Assembly (NCBI GenBank): GCA_945875545.1
Contig: CAMCKZ010000034.1
Location: 1-30,152, forward strand
DNA length: 30,152 bases
From: Polyangium aurulentum
GTDB taxonomy: Bacteria; Myxococcota_A; Polyangia; Polyangiales; Polyangiaceae
Direction: 5' to 3'
This document shows, piece by piece, positions 8,348 through 17,099 of this stretch (position 1 is its first letter; each line of letters opens with the position of its first letter). A program made the translations under genes and the position numbers. Below the pieces are notes generated by a model, which saw only the letters and a list, made by a program, of their open reading frames with translations, did no database searches and had not been told where the DNA came from.

Positions 8348-11083
8348 ATGAGCAGCGCACACCTCTGTGGGATTTCGCCCGAACTAACGAAGACCGCCGA
8401 CGAAGTGAGGGCCAGTTTTTTGGCGTTCTTCGAGAGCAAAGGTCACGTGATTGTTCCTTCCGGCGGCCTCGTCCCCGCAAACGATCCCACGTTGCTCTTC
8501 GCCAACGCCGGCATGGTTCCCTTCAAAGATTGCTTCACGGCCAAAGAAAAACGGCCGTACACGCGGGCCGCCAGCGCGCAAAAATGCATCCGCATCAGCG
8601 GCAAGCACAACGACCTCGAGAACGTTGGCGTCACGGCCCGCCACCACACATTTTTCGAGATGCTCGGCAACTTTTCTTTCGGCGACTATTTTAAGGAAGA
8701 CGCTATATCATTCGCGTGGGAGCTCGTCTCTCAAGTGTGGAAATTGCCTAGTGATCGCATCGTTGTAACGGTGTTCGGTGGCGACAAATCCGACCCAAGT
8801 GTTGAGCCCGATCGGGAAGCGCGAGCCCTTTGGAAGCGCGTGAGCGGCCTCTCGGACGACCGCATTATCGACTGCGGCCTCAAAGATAATTTTTGGCAAA
8901 TGGGCGAAACCGGGCCGTGCGGGCCGTGCAGCGAACTGCACTTTTTTCTGGGTCCAAACCCCGACGTCACGCTCTTCGGTCAAGAGCCGGGCCCGGATGG
9001 TCGCGGGTGGGTCGAGTTCTGGAACCTTGTGTTTATGCAGTTCAATCGCCGCGCCGAGGGTGGCGGCTTCGTGCTCGATCCCCTGCCCGCGCCCTGCGTC
9101 GACACCGGTGCGGGCCTCGAACGCATCGCGGCGATCGTCCAAAACAAGCTCACCAATTACGACAACGATCTCTTGCGCGCACTCGTCGACAAGACCGCCG
9201 CTATTTCCGGCAAGGCTTACGGCGGAACGCAAGACCCCGACGACACTTCCATGCGGGTAATTGCAGACCACGCGCGTCTCGCGGCGTTTCTCATCGCCGA
9301 GGGCATTTTCCCCGATCGCGTGGGCCGCGAATACGTTCTGCGCCGGGTCATGCGCCGGGCGATTCGCCATGGTCATCGCCTGGGAATCAAGAAGCCATTC
9401 CTGCACGAAGTGGCCCTCGAGGTCGTGCGGCTCATGGCGCCCAATTACCCCGAGCTCGCAATCCGCAAAGAGCTCATCGCATCGGTGATCGAACAAGAAG
9501 AAGTGCGCTTTCGGCAGACCATCGAACGCGGTCTTGCGCTGCTCGCAGACGAGTTTGTTTCCATGGAAAAATGCGGCACAAAGACCCTCGCCGGGGCTGC
9601 CGCGTTTAGGCTCTACGACACCTTCGGTTTCCCCCTCGACCTCACCGAGGTCATCGCCCTCGAACGCGGTCTCACGGTCGATTTGGCCGGCTATGGAAAG
9701 GCTCTCGACGAAGCGCGCGCCAAGAGCGAGGGCTCCAAAGTGGGCGACGCGGCCATCGAAGGCGTGTGGCGCGAGGTTCTTGAGGCGGTGAAATCGAGTC
9801 ACCCGGCGGGCTGCGCGTTCACCGGTTACGACCACGAAGTTCACACCTCACGCGTTCTCGCCATCGTCGTCGACGGCAAGTTGACACCCCGAGCCGAGGC
9901 GGGCCAAGGGGTATGGGTCGTGCTCCACGAGACGCCTTTTTACGGCGAATCTGGCGGCCAGGTCGGCGACGCGGGCATGGTCATCGGGCCCAACATGCGC
10001 GTGGCGATTCTTGACACGCAGAAGCCCCTGGCGGGCATCATTGCGCTGCGCGGAACCCTCGAGGAGGGGGTGCTTGAGGTCGGCGCGGAGGTCGAGCAAC
10101 ACGTCGACCACGATGCGCGAATTGCCACTCGGCGCAACCACTCGGCGACGCATCTCCTTCATTGGGCGCTTCGCGTGACGCTTGGCGAGCAGGCCACGCA
10201 AAAGGGCTCGCGGGTCGGGCCCGAAGGTTTGCGCTTCGACTTCAGCAGCGGCAAGGGCCTCGAGGCGGAGCAGATCGAGTACTTGGAAGACCTGGTGAAC
10301 GGTAAAATCCTCGAAAATGCGCCGATCACGACGGAAATTCTCGGCGTGGCCGAGGCCAAGGCGAAAGGTGCCATGGCCATCTTCGAGGAGAAGTACGGCG
10401 ACGTCGTGCGGGTGCTGACCGTGACTCCGGACTCCGTGGAACTTTGCGGCGGCACCCACGCATCACGCACCGGGGATATCGGTGTATTCCGCATCCTTAG
10501 TGAAACGGCGATTGCCGCGGGCGTGAGGCGCATTGAGGCCGTCACGGGCCTCGGTGCCCTCGCGTATATGCGCAGTATGGAACACGTACTTGACGGGGCT
10601 GCGCGCGCGCTCAAGGCCCCGCGAGCCGATCTTGTCGAGCGGATCGAGCGCGTGCAAAAGCGTGAAAAAGCCCTCGAAAAAGAGCTTGCCGAGGTCCAAA
10701 AGAAACTCGCCATGGGCGGCGGCGGTCTCGATTCTCTCTTGGCCCGCGCGCAAGTAATCGAAGGCGGCAAGGTTCTTGCGGCCCAGATCGAAGCGCCCGA
10801 TCCGAGCACGCTTCGCGAGGTGGCGGAGCAAGTGCGCGATGCCCTCGGCGAGTCCGCGGTGCTTCTTGCCGCCGTGCAGGGCGATAAAGTCGCCCTCGTC
10901 ATCACCGTTTCAAAGGGCCTGTCGTCGCGCCTCAAGGCCGGAGATCTCGTCAAGGCCCTCGCACCTGTCGTCGGCGGCAAGGGCGGAGGCCGCCCCGAAC
11001 TCGCGCAGGCCGGCGGCACCGACGTGTCCAAGGTCGACGACCTGCTCGCGGCCTTTTACGCCAAAACCACTGCATCTATTTAG
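8348..11083 (+). CDS. alaS: Alanine--tRNA ligase.
   Basis: 911 aa from the ATG at 8348. The track extension back to 8156 has no homology and was dropped. The conserved AlaRS N-terminus is TADEVRASFLAFFESKGH, with FANAGM and WEL...W blocks. The editing domain has the HSATHLL motif and the C-terminal C-Ala/DHHA1 region ends ...GGKGGGRPELAQAGG. TAG stop at 11081-11083. Confidence 0.95.
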   Translation: MSSAHLCGISPELTKTADEVRASFLAFFESKGHVIVPSGGLVPANDPTLLFANAGMVPFKDCFTAKEKRPYTRAASAQKCIRISGKHNDLENVGVTARHHTFFEMLGNFSFGDYFKEDAISFAWELVSQVWKLPSDRIVVTVFGGDKSDPSVEPDREARALWKRVSGLSDDRIIDCGLKDNFWQMGETGPCGPCSELHFFLGPNPDVTLFGQEPGPDGRGWVEFWNLVFMQFNRRAEGGGFVLDPLPAPCVDTGAGLERIAAIVQNKLTNYDNDLLRALVDKTAAISGKAYGGTQDPDDTSMRVIADHARLAAFLIAEGIFPDRVGREYVLRRVMRRAIRHGHRLGIKKPFLHEVALEVVRLMAPNYPELAIRKELIASVIEQEEVRFRQTIERGLALLADEFVSMEKCGTKTLAGAAAFRLYDTFGFPLDLTEVIALERGLTVDLAGYGKALDEARAKSEGSKVGDAAIEGVWREVLEAVKSSHPAGCAFTGYDHEVHTSRVLAIVVDGKLTPRAEAGQGVWVVLHETPFYGESGGQVGDAGMVIGPNMRVAILDTQKPLAGIIALRGTLEEGVLEVGAEVEQHVDHDARIATRRNHSATHLLHWALRVTLGEQATQKGSRVGPEGLRFDFSSGKGLEAEQIEYLEDLVNGKILENAPITTEILGVAEAKAKGAMAIFEEKYGDVVRVLTVTPDSVELCGGTHASRTGDIGVFRILSETAIAAGVRRIEAVTGLGALAYMRSMEHVLDGAARALKAPRADLVERIERVQKREKALEKELAEVQKKLAMGGGGLDSLLARAQVIEGGKVLAAQIEAPDPSTLREVAEQVRDALGESAVLLAAVQGDKVALVITVSKGLSSRLKAGDLVKALAPVVGGKGGGRPELAQAGGTDVSKVDDLLAAFYAKTTASI

Positions 11084-11101
11084 CGCCTTCGGGAGGTCAC
11101 T

Positions 11102-13435
11102 GTGATTATCAACGAACTACTTGCGATCATTTTATTCTATGGCCCCGCGCTTCTGGGGGCATTGGCTCTCCTCCTTCTGCTTTACCAGAGCGTCGCGATT
11201 GTCGGCGGCGACCAGTTCATCACCGTGGAACGCCGATGGTTCGGCAAAACGATGACCGACGGGCGCACCATCGCGCTCCTCGAAGAAGTCGGCGTGCAGG
11301 CCCGCACCCTCGGCCCCGGCGTCCACCTTTTTGTGCCGTTTATGTACACAACCGAAAAGCACAACTTTTTCTCTATTGGAGAAGCACAGATTGGTATTGT
11401 TCAAGCGGTAACAGGCTTACCCATTCCGCCCGGGCACTTTTTCGCAAAGACCGTCGACTGCAACATCTTCCAAGATGGGGAGGCTTTTCTCTGCAATGGC
11501 GGCGAAAAAGGCCCGCAGCTCGCCATCCTGCCGCCGGGCCAATACCAAATTAACCCTCACCTCTTTACGGTCAACATTGTCAACGCGGTGTTCATCGCCG
11601 AGACACAGGTTGGCATTGTCGAGGCGGTTGCCGGTGCCGCGTGCCCGGTCGGGCGCATTTTTGCGGACCCGGTGGAATGCGATGCCTTTCAAGACGCGGA
11701 CGCGTTTCTACGCAATGGCGGCCAAAAGGGTCCGCAGATACGGGTGCTGCCGCCGGGCAATTACCGCGTCAATACCGCCCTCTTTAAGGTCGAAAGGGTC
11801 GCTGTCACGGTCATTCCGAACGGCCACATTGGCCTTTTGACCGCGATGGATGGCGCGCGCATTATGGAGGGCTCGCTCTTGAGCCGCAAAGTGGAGGGCC
11901 ACTCAAACTTTGAGAATGGGCACGCTTTTGTGACGAACGGCGGCCAGCGAGGGCACCAGCTTGATGTGCTCATGCCCGGCACCTACCGCCTGAACACGAT
12001 TCTTTTCGTTGTAAAGGCCGTGGTTCCGTGGACGACCATCACGGCCGATTCCGTCGGAATTGTGACCGTGCTCGAAGGGCGGCCCATCATGAAGGCGCGC
12101 GAGATTGCCGCAGAAGAGCTCGGTCTCGACGTGCACAATAACTTCCAAGATGCGGCGGCATTCTTGGCGGCGGGTGGGCAAAAAGGGCTGCAAATTCCAG
12201 TACTTCGCTCGGGCAATTACGCCATTAACCCCTGGTTTGCCAGCATCGACCAAGTGCCGATGATTGAGGTCAAAATAGGGGAGTGCGGCGTCGTCACGAG
12301 CTTTGTCGGTGAAGAAGGCGAAGACACGACGGACTCCAACGTCAACGCCAAGATTGTCGCCAACGGCAAACGTGGCATTTGGGCCGACCCCCTTGGGCCG
12401 GGCCGCCATCCCCTCAACACCAAGGTTTGCAAGGTCGACAAAGTGCCGACCACCCAGATTCTTCTCAATTGGGCCGATACGCAAAACAGCGCCCACCAAC
12501 TCGACTCGGACCTGAAAACCATCACGCTGCGAACCGCCGACGCCTTCAACGTGAGCATGGATGTTAGCGTTATCATTCATATTGCGATGGCCGACGCTCC
12601 GAAAGTTGTTGCGAATCTTGGGTCTGTCGACAACATGATTTCGCAGGTTCTCGAGCCCGCCATTTCCTCGCATTTCCGTAATTCCGCGCAGGCCGTGAAG
12701 GCTCTCGACCTTTACACCAAGCGCGCCGAGCTGCAGTCGCACGCCAAAGAGCATCTCCAAAGCGTGCTTCGGGTGCACCATATTGAGTCAAAAGACACGA
12801 TGATCGCCGACGTGATTCTTCCAGCGGAACTCACGCGAACCGTGACCGACAGGCAGATTGCGGAGCAAGAGCGCATTACGTTTGCAACCCAAAAGCAAGC
12901 GCAAGAAGAGCGCAAAATGCTGGAAAATGCTAAGGCTCAGGCCAATATGCAGCCGAAAGTCGTCGATTCGGAGCGAGGCGTTGAGATTGCAAAGAATCTT
13001 GCGAACGCCGAGATCGAAAAGGCCATGGGCGATTCGCGCGCCATTGAGGTCCGGGCCGAGGGTGCCTCGAAAGCCACGCGGGTCAGTGCCGGTGCCGCGG
13101 CGGAGGCCACGCGCGTCAATGCCCTTGCGGACGCGGAAGCGATTGAAAAGAAAGGCCTCGCGGAAGCCCTGGTCATTTTGGAGCAAGGAAAGTCCACGGC
13201 CGAATCGTTTAAGTTGCAAGTCAATGCCATGGGCAACGAAATCTTCGGGCAAATCCAAGTGGTCGAAAAGATTGCGACGAATAAGCTCAAGCTGATTCCC
13301 GACGTGTACATCGGTGGATCGACCGGCACCGGAAGCACCACCGGCGGCAGCGAAAGCAATCAATCGCTCATGTCGATAGCGCTGCTTCAATACCTCACGG
13401 GGCGTCAGGTGTTTTCGCCCAAAACGGGCGAATAG
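11102..13435 (+). CDS. Flotillin-like SPFH (band 7) membrane protein with five tandem N-terminal repeat modules, 777 aa.
   Basis: GTG start 5 nt after a GGGAGG RBS and 18 nt after the alaS stop. It has an N-terminal TM helix (LLAIILFYGPALLGALALLLLLY). The five repeat modules of about 75 aa and the SPFH core plus flotillin-type tail are described in the finding. The tail is ADVILPAELTRTVTDRQIAEQERITFATQKQAQEERK...AEAIEKKGLAEALVILEQGKSTAESFKLQ. Confidence 0.85.
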   Translation: MIINELLAIILFYGPALLGALALLLLLYQSVAIVGGDQFITVERRWFGKTMTDGRTIALLEEVGVQARTLGPGVHLFVPFMYTTEKHNFFSIGEAQIGIVQAVTGLPIPPGHFFAKTVDCNIFQDGEAFLCNGGEKGPQLAILPPGQYQINPHLFTVNIVNAVFIAETQVGIVEAVAGAACPVGRIFADPVECDAFQDADAFLRNGGQKGPQIRVLPPGNYRVNTALFKVERVAVTVIPNGHIGLLTAMDGARIMEGSLLSRKVEGHSNFENGHAFVTNGGQRGHQLDVLMPGTYRLNTILFVVKAVVPWTTITADSVGIVTVLEGRPIMKAREIAAEELGLDVHNNFQDAAAFLAAGGQKGLQIPVLRSGNYAINPWFASIDQVPMIEVKIGECGVVTSFVGEEGEDTTDSNVNAKIVANGKRGIWADPLGPGRHPLNTKVCKVDKVPTTQILLNWADTQNSAHQLDSDLKTITLRTADAFNVSMDVSVIIHIAMADAPKVVANLGSVDNMISQVLEPAISSHFRNSAQAVKALDLYTKRAELQSHAKEHLQSVLRVHHIESKDTMIADVILPAELTRTVTDRQIAEQERITFATQKQAQEERKMLENAKAQANMQPKVVDSERGVEIAKNLANAEIEKAMGDSRAIEVRAEGASKATRVSAGAAAEATRVNALADAEAIEKKGLAEALVILEQGKSTAESFKLQVNAMGNEIFGQIQVVEKIATNKLKLIPDVYIGGSTGTGSTTGGSESNQSLMSIALLQYLTGRQVFSPKTGE

Positions 13436-13450
13436 TCAGCTAGGTCACGC

Positions 13451-13541
13451 AGCCCGTACGCATACGTTAAGTGGCCTACGTGTAGGGTTGCCGCAGACTT
13501 CGCGCATACGTTCACTAGCCTACGTGTAGGGTTGCCGCAGC
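13451..13541. repeat. Two tandem copies of a 44-bp direct repeat, each with an embedded 5-bp inverted repeat CCTAC-GT-GTAGG, in the convergent intergenic region.
   Basis: Copy A is ...cgcatacgttaagtggcctacgtgtagggttgccgcag. Copy B is ...cgcatacgttcactagcctacgtgtagggttgccgcag. Both are seen directly. They share 10 + 23 identical nt around a 5-nt variable patch. A partial third 'gcagcccg' lies at both ends. Confidence 0.7.
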
Positions 13542-13565
13542 CCGCGCGCAGCCCTCACGCGGCCT

Positions 13566-14693
13566 TCATCCTCGCTGTTGGAACAAGCCCTCGCGGTACA
13601 CCTGTTCGTACGCCCGAGCCCCGCTGGCTGCGGTGTAACGCTCCTCGAACAGCTTTCGACCGAGATGCCCAACGCGAAACTTTTCACCGGGTTTGCGTAA
13701 AAGTTCCACGGCCAGTTCTGCCAGCGCGTCTGGCTTGCTCGGGGGCACGAGGGGCATGGGCGCGAGGTCCGCGAGCGGGCCATGGTTCGAGGCCAGCACG
13801 GGCACACCGAGGGCCATCGCTTCCAGGAGAATCAGCGGTAAATCGATCTTTCCGTAGAGGTCGTTGACGGGGAAAAGCACCGCCTCCGCTGCGGCAATCA
13901 GGGCGTGCACGTCCGATACCTCGCCGAGGTTGTAGGTCAGATGCGCCAGGTTCGCGCGCGCAAGCTCGGCGGCGATGGCGCGCTGCACCTCGGCAGCTCG
14001 CGGAGTCTTTGGGCGGCACGCAAATACGAAGCGCATACGCGGAAACTCTGCACTGATACGGCGTATACTTCGCGCAAAAACCCAGGCGCCGTCGGACACC
14101 TCGAGGTCGCCGGCGTAGAGAAGGTACGGGGCCCGCCCGAGCAGGTTTTTTTCACGCAAATCCGCCATTCGCGCGGGCGTGACATGGGGCTCAACGATGA
14201 AGGGCGGCACGATCCGCAGCCGTTCCGCTGCCACGCCCGCGTGCACGCACGCATCGCGCGTGGACTGCGATTGGCACACGATGACATCGCCGAAGAGCAG
14301 CCGTCGCACGTTCGCGAAGTCTTTCGGGCGGCTCGCAATCGTTTGCACAGTGCAGCCATTCCATCCCCGCACGCGGTGAGAGAGCGCGACGATTCGCGAC
14401 GCGGTGGACGACGGAAGATTCGGCGCGAAGACAAAGTGGAAAACCTCGGGCGGCCCATCGAGTAGGAGTTTTCCAAACATTCCGAGGTTTGCGCGAAGCT
14501 GCGACGTGCCCCGGGCCGGCACCATCACCTCCACGAGCGGGCCCCAGCTTGGGTGCGGGTTTTCCGCGTAAACCTGGGAGCGAAAGGTGGGAAGCGACGT
14601 GAGCAAATCTCGAACGAGAACTTTCGAACCGTCGTTCCACGGCGGCGCGATCGTCTTCGAAACGAAACGAACCGTGGGCGAACCGGCCGTCAT
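13566..14693 (-). CDS. Glycosyltransferase family 4 (GT-B, RfaG-like).
   Basis: Family-typical C-terminal motifs are LLYAGDLEVSDGAWVFARS and KIDLPLILLEAMALGVPVLASNHGPLADL (the EX7E region). The start was chosen at the ATG of MTAGSP at 14693, which forms an ATGA overlap with the radA stop. The track's GTG at 14777 is the alternative. Confidence 0.72.
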   Translation of the reverse strand: MTAGSPTVRFVSKTIAPPWNDGSKVLVRDLLTSLPTFRSQVYAENPHPSWGPLVEVMVPARGTSQLRANLGMFGKLLLDGPPEVFHFVFAPNLPSSTASRIVALSHRVRGWNGCTVQTIASRPKDFANVRRLLFGDVIVCQSQSTRDACVHAGVAAERLRIVPPFIVEPHVTPARMADLREKNLLGRAPYLLYAGDLEVSDGAWVFARSIRRISAEFPRMRFVFACRPKTPRAAEVQRAIAAELARANLAHLTYNLGEVSDVHALIAAAEAVLFPVNDLYGKIDLPLILLEAMALGVPVLASNHGPLADLAPMPLVPPSKPDALAELAVELLRKPGEKFRVGHLGRKLFEERYTAASGARAYEQVYREGLFQQRG

Positions 14694-16030
14694 CGTTCGA
14701 TCCATCCGAGAGCTTCTTCGATCGTGCGCACGGGCATCAGGCCTTCGGTTCTTTCGCGGCTGGCCGGCCCAATGCACGACGCAAATCCGAGGGCCTTGGC
14801 CTCCCGAAGGCGAGCCTCCAAATGCCCCACGGCGCGCACCTCACCGCCGAGGCCAACTTCACCAAATGCAGCAAATTCAGGGGGAAGCGCGCGACCACGC
14901 AACGACGAAACGAGGGCCAACGCGATGGGCAGGTCGAGGGCCGGCTCGTCGATGCGAAGGCCGCCGGTGAGGTTCACGTAGACGTCCATCGTGGAGAACG
15001 GAATCTCCGCTTTGCGCTCGAGGACCGCGAGAATCATCGCCAAGCGCGCCGAATCGATGCCGCTCGTCGTGCGGCGCGGATTGCCGAAATTAAAGGGGGC
15101 CACAAGCGCTTGCACTTCGATGCAGAGTGCACGTGTTCCCTCGCACGTGGGCGCGACGATGCTGCCCGCGAGCGACGTGCGTCGGTCGCCGAGAAGAAAG
15201 CGCGAGGGACTTGCGACCTCTTCGAGTCCCGATTCGGTCATCGCAAAAACGCCCACTTCACCGCCGCGTCCGAAGCGATTTTTCAGGGCGCGCACGGTGC
15301 GAAGGCCTTGGCCCCGGTCGCCCTCGAAGGCCAAAACCGCGTCGACCAAGTGCTCCACAACCTTGGGCCCGGCAATGCTGCCTTCTTTGGTGACGTGGCC
15401 CACGAGGACGAGCGGAATTCCGTGCTGCTTGGCCATATCGACGAGGCGCGCTGTGACCTCGCGCACCTGCCCCACGGTGCCCGCCGCGCCGTCGAGGGAC
15501 GACGAGCGCAGCGTCTGGATGGAGTCGATGACGAGGAGCGCGGGCTTCACTTCGTGGCTCGCCGCGAGCACCACTTCGAGCTCGGTCGTGGCGACGACAA
15601 AGAGCGATTCGGTGAGGGCACCGAGCCTGCGTCCGCGGTCGGCAATTTGCGCGACGGACTCTTCGCCGCTCGCATAAAGTACTGGATTTCCGCTAGCGGC
15701 AACGGCCCTCGCGGCTTGCAGCAACAGCGTCGATTTTCCGATTCCAGGCTCGCCGCCGAGGAGGATCACCGAGCCCGGCACGAGTCCGCCACCGAGCACG
15801 CGATCCAGTTCCGCGAGGCCCGTCGAGGTGCGTTCGAGCTTCTCGGCGCCCACACTCGTGATGGAGCGCACAAGGCTTTTTTCCGCGCCCCCCCGGGCTT
15901 TGACGGTTCGTGTTTCGAGGGCCTCTTCGGCCAGCGAATCCCATGCGCTGCAACCGGGGCAACGGCCAAGCCACCGTGGGGATCGAGCTCCGCACGCTTG
16001 GCAGACAAATTCGGTCTTTGCTTTGGCCAC
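14690..16030 (-). CDS. radA: DNA repair protein RadA/Sms.
   Basis: The N-terminal zinc finger is CQACGARSPRWLGRCPGCSAW. The RecA-like Walker A is GGEPGIGKSTLLLQ, followed by the KNRFG motif (ALKNRFGRGGE). A Lon-protease-like C-terminal domain follows. GTG start at 16030. Confidence 0.93.
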   Translation of the reverse strand: MAKAKTEFVCQACGARSPRWLGRCPGCSAWDSLAEEALETRTVKARGGAEKSLVRSITSVGAEKLERTSTGLAELDRVLGGGLVPGSVILLGGEPGIGKSTLLLQAARAVAASGNPVLYASGEESVAQIADRGRRLGALTESLFVVATTELEVVLAASHEVKPALLVIDSIQTLRSSSLDGAAGTVGQVREVTARLVDMAKQHGIPLVLVGHVTKEGSIAGPKVVEHLVDAVLAFEGDRGQGLRTVRALKNRFGRGGEVGVFAMTESGLEEVASPSRFLLGDRRTSLAGSIVAPTCEGTRALCIEVQALVAPFNFGNPRRTTSGIDSARLAMILAVLERKAEIPFSTMDVYVNLTGGLRIDEPALDLPIALALVSSLRGRALPPEFAAFGEVGLGGEVRAVGHLEARLREAKALGFASCIGPASRERTEGLMPVRTIEEALGWIER

Positions 16031-16198
16031 GACTTGAGTCCTTTAGCTGGATAAACACGCGGAATATGACCTCGGCACCGCGGCACTGGAACCTCGCAGG
16101 TCGCCGCACATCGGCGGAAATATACGCCGGAATACGCAAGAATACTCTGTGTATGTCGAGGAAGACACGTGGACCATCCGAGGCTAACAAGACGGGTC

Positions 16199-17023
16199 AT
16201 GGACCCACGCCAAGCCCTCGTCGAATCGGCTTACTCGGACCGATCTCTGTTGGAAACGGGCACTTATCGCGAGGCCGTGGAAACGGTCCTTGAAGACCTC
16301 GACAAGGGCCGCCTTCGCGTCGCCTCGCCTCCCTCGTCGGACGACGGCGAGTGGACGGTCCATGCGTGGATAAAACAAGCGATTTTGCTGTATTTTGCCA
16401 TTCGCGCGATGGAGAAAATCGAAGTCGGTCCCTTCGAATTTCACGACAAAATTCCCCTCAAAAAGGGCCTCGACGCCGCCGGCGTGCGCGTGGTTCCCCC
16501 GGGCGTTGTCCGCTACGGCGCTCACGTCGCGCGCGGGGCCATCGTCATGCCCGGCTACGTCAACATCGGAGCCTTCGTCGGCGCTGGCACCATGGTCGAT
16601 ACGTGGGCCACCGTGGGGTCCTGCGCGCAGGTTGGTGCCAACGTGCACCTGTCAGGCGGCGTGGGACTCGGCGGCGTCCTGGAGCCCCCTTCTGCGACCC
16701 CCGTCATCATCGAAGACGGCGCGTTCATTGGCTCGCGCGTCATCGTCGTTGAGGGTGTGCGCGTCGGCCGAGAGGCCGTGGTCGGTGCGGGCGTCATACT
16801 GACCGCATCCACGGTAATACTTGATGTGTCCGGCAGCGAACCGAAGGAATACCGCGGCTATGTGCCGCCTCGCTCCGTGGTCATCCCGGGCATGCGCACC
16901 AAGAAGTTTCCAGCCGGTGAGTTCGCTGTTCCCTGCGCGCTCATCGTCGGAAGGCGAAGCGCCTCGACCGACAAAAAGACGAGTCTCAACGAGGCGCTAC
17001 GGGACTTCGGCGTCAGCGCCTAG
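16199..17023 (+). CDS. dapD: 2,3,4,5-tetrahydropyridine-2,6-dicarboxylate N-succinyltransferase.
   Basis: 274 aa from MDPRQALVESAY. It is near-collinear with E. coli DapD: EWTVHAWIKQAILLYF, GVRVVPPGVVRYGAHVARGAIVMPGYVNIGAFVGAGTMVDTWATVGSCAQVGANVHLSGGVGLGGVLEP and IIEDGAFIGSRVIVVEGV. The track start at 16169 adds 10 aa with no counterpart. Confidence 0.9.
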   Translation: MDPRQALVESAYSDRSLLETGTYREAVETVLEDLDKGRLRVASPPSSDDGEWTVHAWIKQAILLYFAIRAMEKIEVGPFEFHDKIPLKKGLDAAGVRVVPPGVVRYGAHVARGAIVMPGYVNIGAFVGAGTMVDTWATVGSCAQVGANVHLSGGVGLGGVLEPPSATPVIIEDGAFIGSRVIVVEGVRVGREAVVGAGVILTASTVILDVSGSEPKEYRGYVPPRSVVIPGMRTKKFPAGEFAVPCALIVGRRSASTDKKTSLNEALRDFGVSA

Positions 17024-17039
17024 TCGCGTATCCGAGCGC

Positions 17040-17099
17040 AAAAAAAAGGGAGCGCCGAAACGCTCCGCTTCCTTCGTGCAGTCTGCACGCAGTTTTTTT
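17040..17099. terminator. Bidirectional intrinsic terminator pair between convergent dapD and pepA.
   Basis: A8 (17040-17047), then hairpin ggagcg-ccgaaa-cgctcc (17049-17066). A second hairpin cgtgcag-t-ctgcacg (17075-17089) follows, then T7 (17093-17099). Read on the - strand, the first hairpin is followed by T8, the canonical pepA terminator. Read on the + strand, the second hairpin is followed by the T-run, which terminates dapD. Confidence 0.7.

Noticed and set aside
8708-9844. Track ORF of 378 aa on the - strand, antisense within alaS. Similar long antisense ORFs occur within the flotillin gene, radA (14822-16054), pepA (17143-18594), the PBP gene (19054-19911), purB (23883-24932), fadJ and fadI (28063-28896).
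   Set aside because: All lie opposite genes with strong family signatures. They lack motifs and are Arg/Gly/Ala-rich. They are long spurious ORFs, as expected from GC3-rich coding strands.
13451-13541. Possible CRISPR array.
   Set aside because: There are only two repeat copies separated by a 6-nt stretch, so there are no spacers. No cas genes are present.
14036-14765. Apparent 1-2 nt discrepancies when hand-translating the displayed sequence versus the track proteins. These are near 14038-14043 and near 14758-14763, affecting the radA C-terminus and the GT4 N-terminus.
   Set aside because: Three independent track ORFs read through consistently. The discrepancies are most likely my own character-level misreading of GC-rich text, so no frameshift or pseudogene is claimed. 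Raw reads would settle it.
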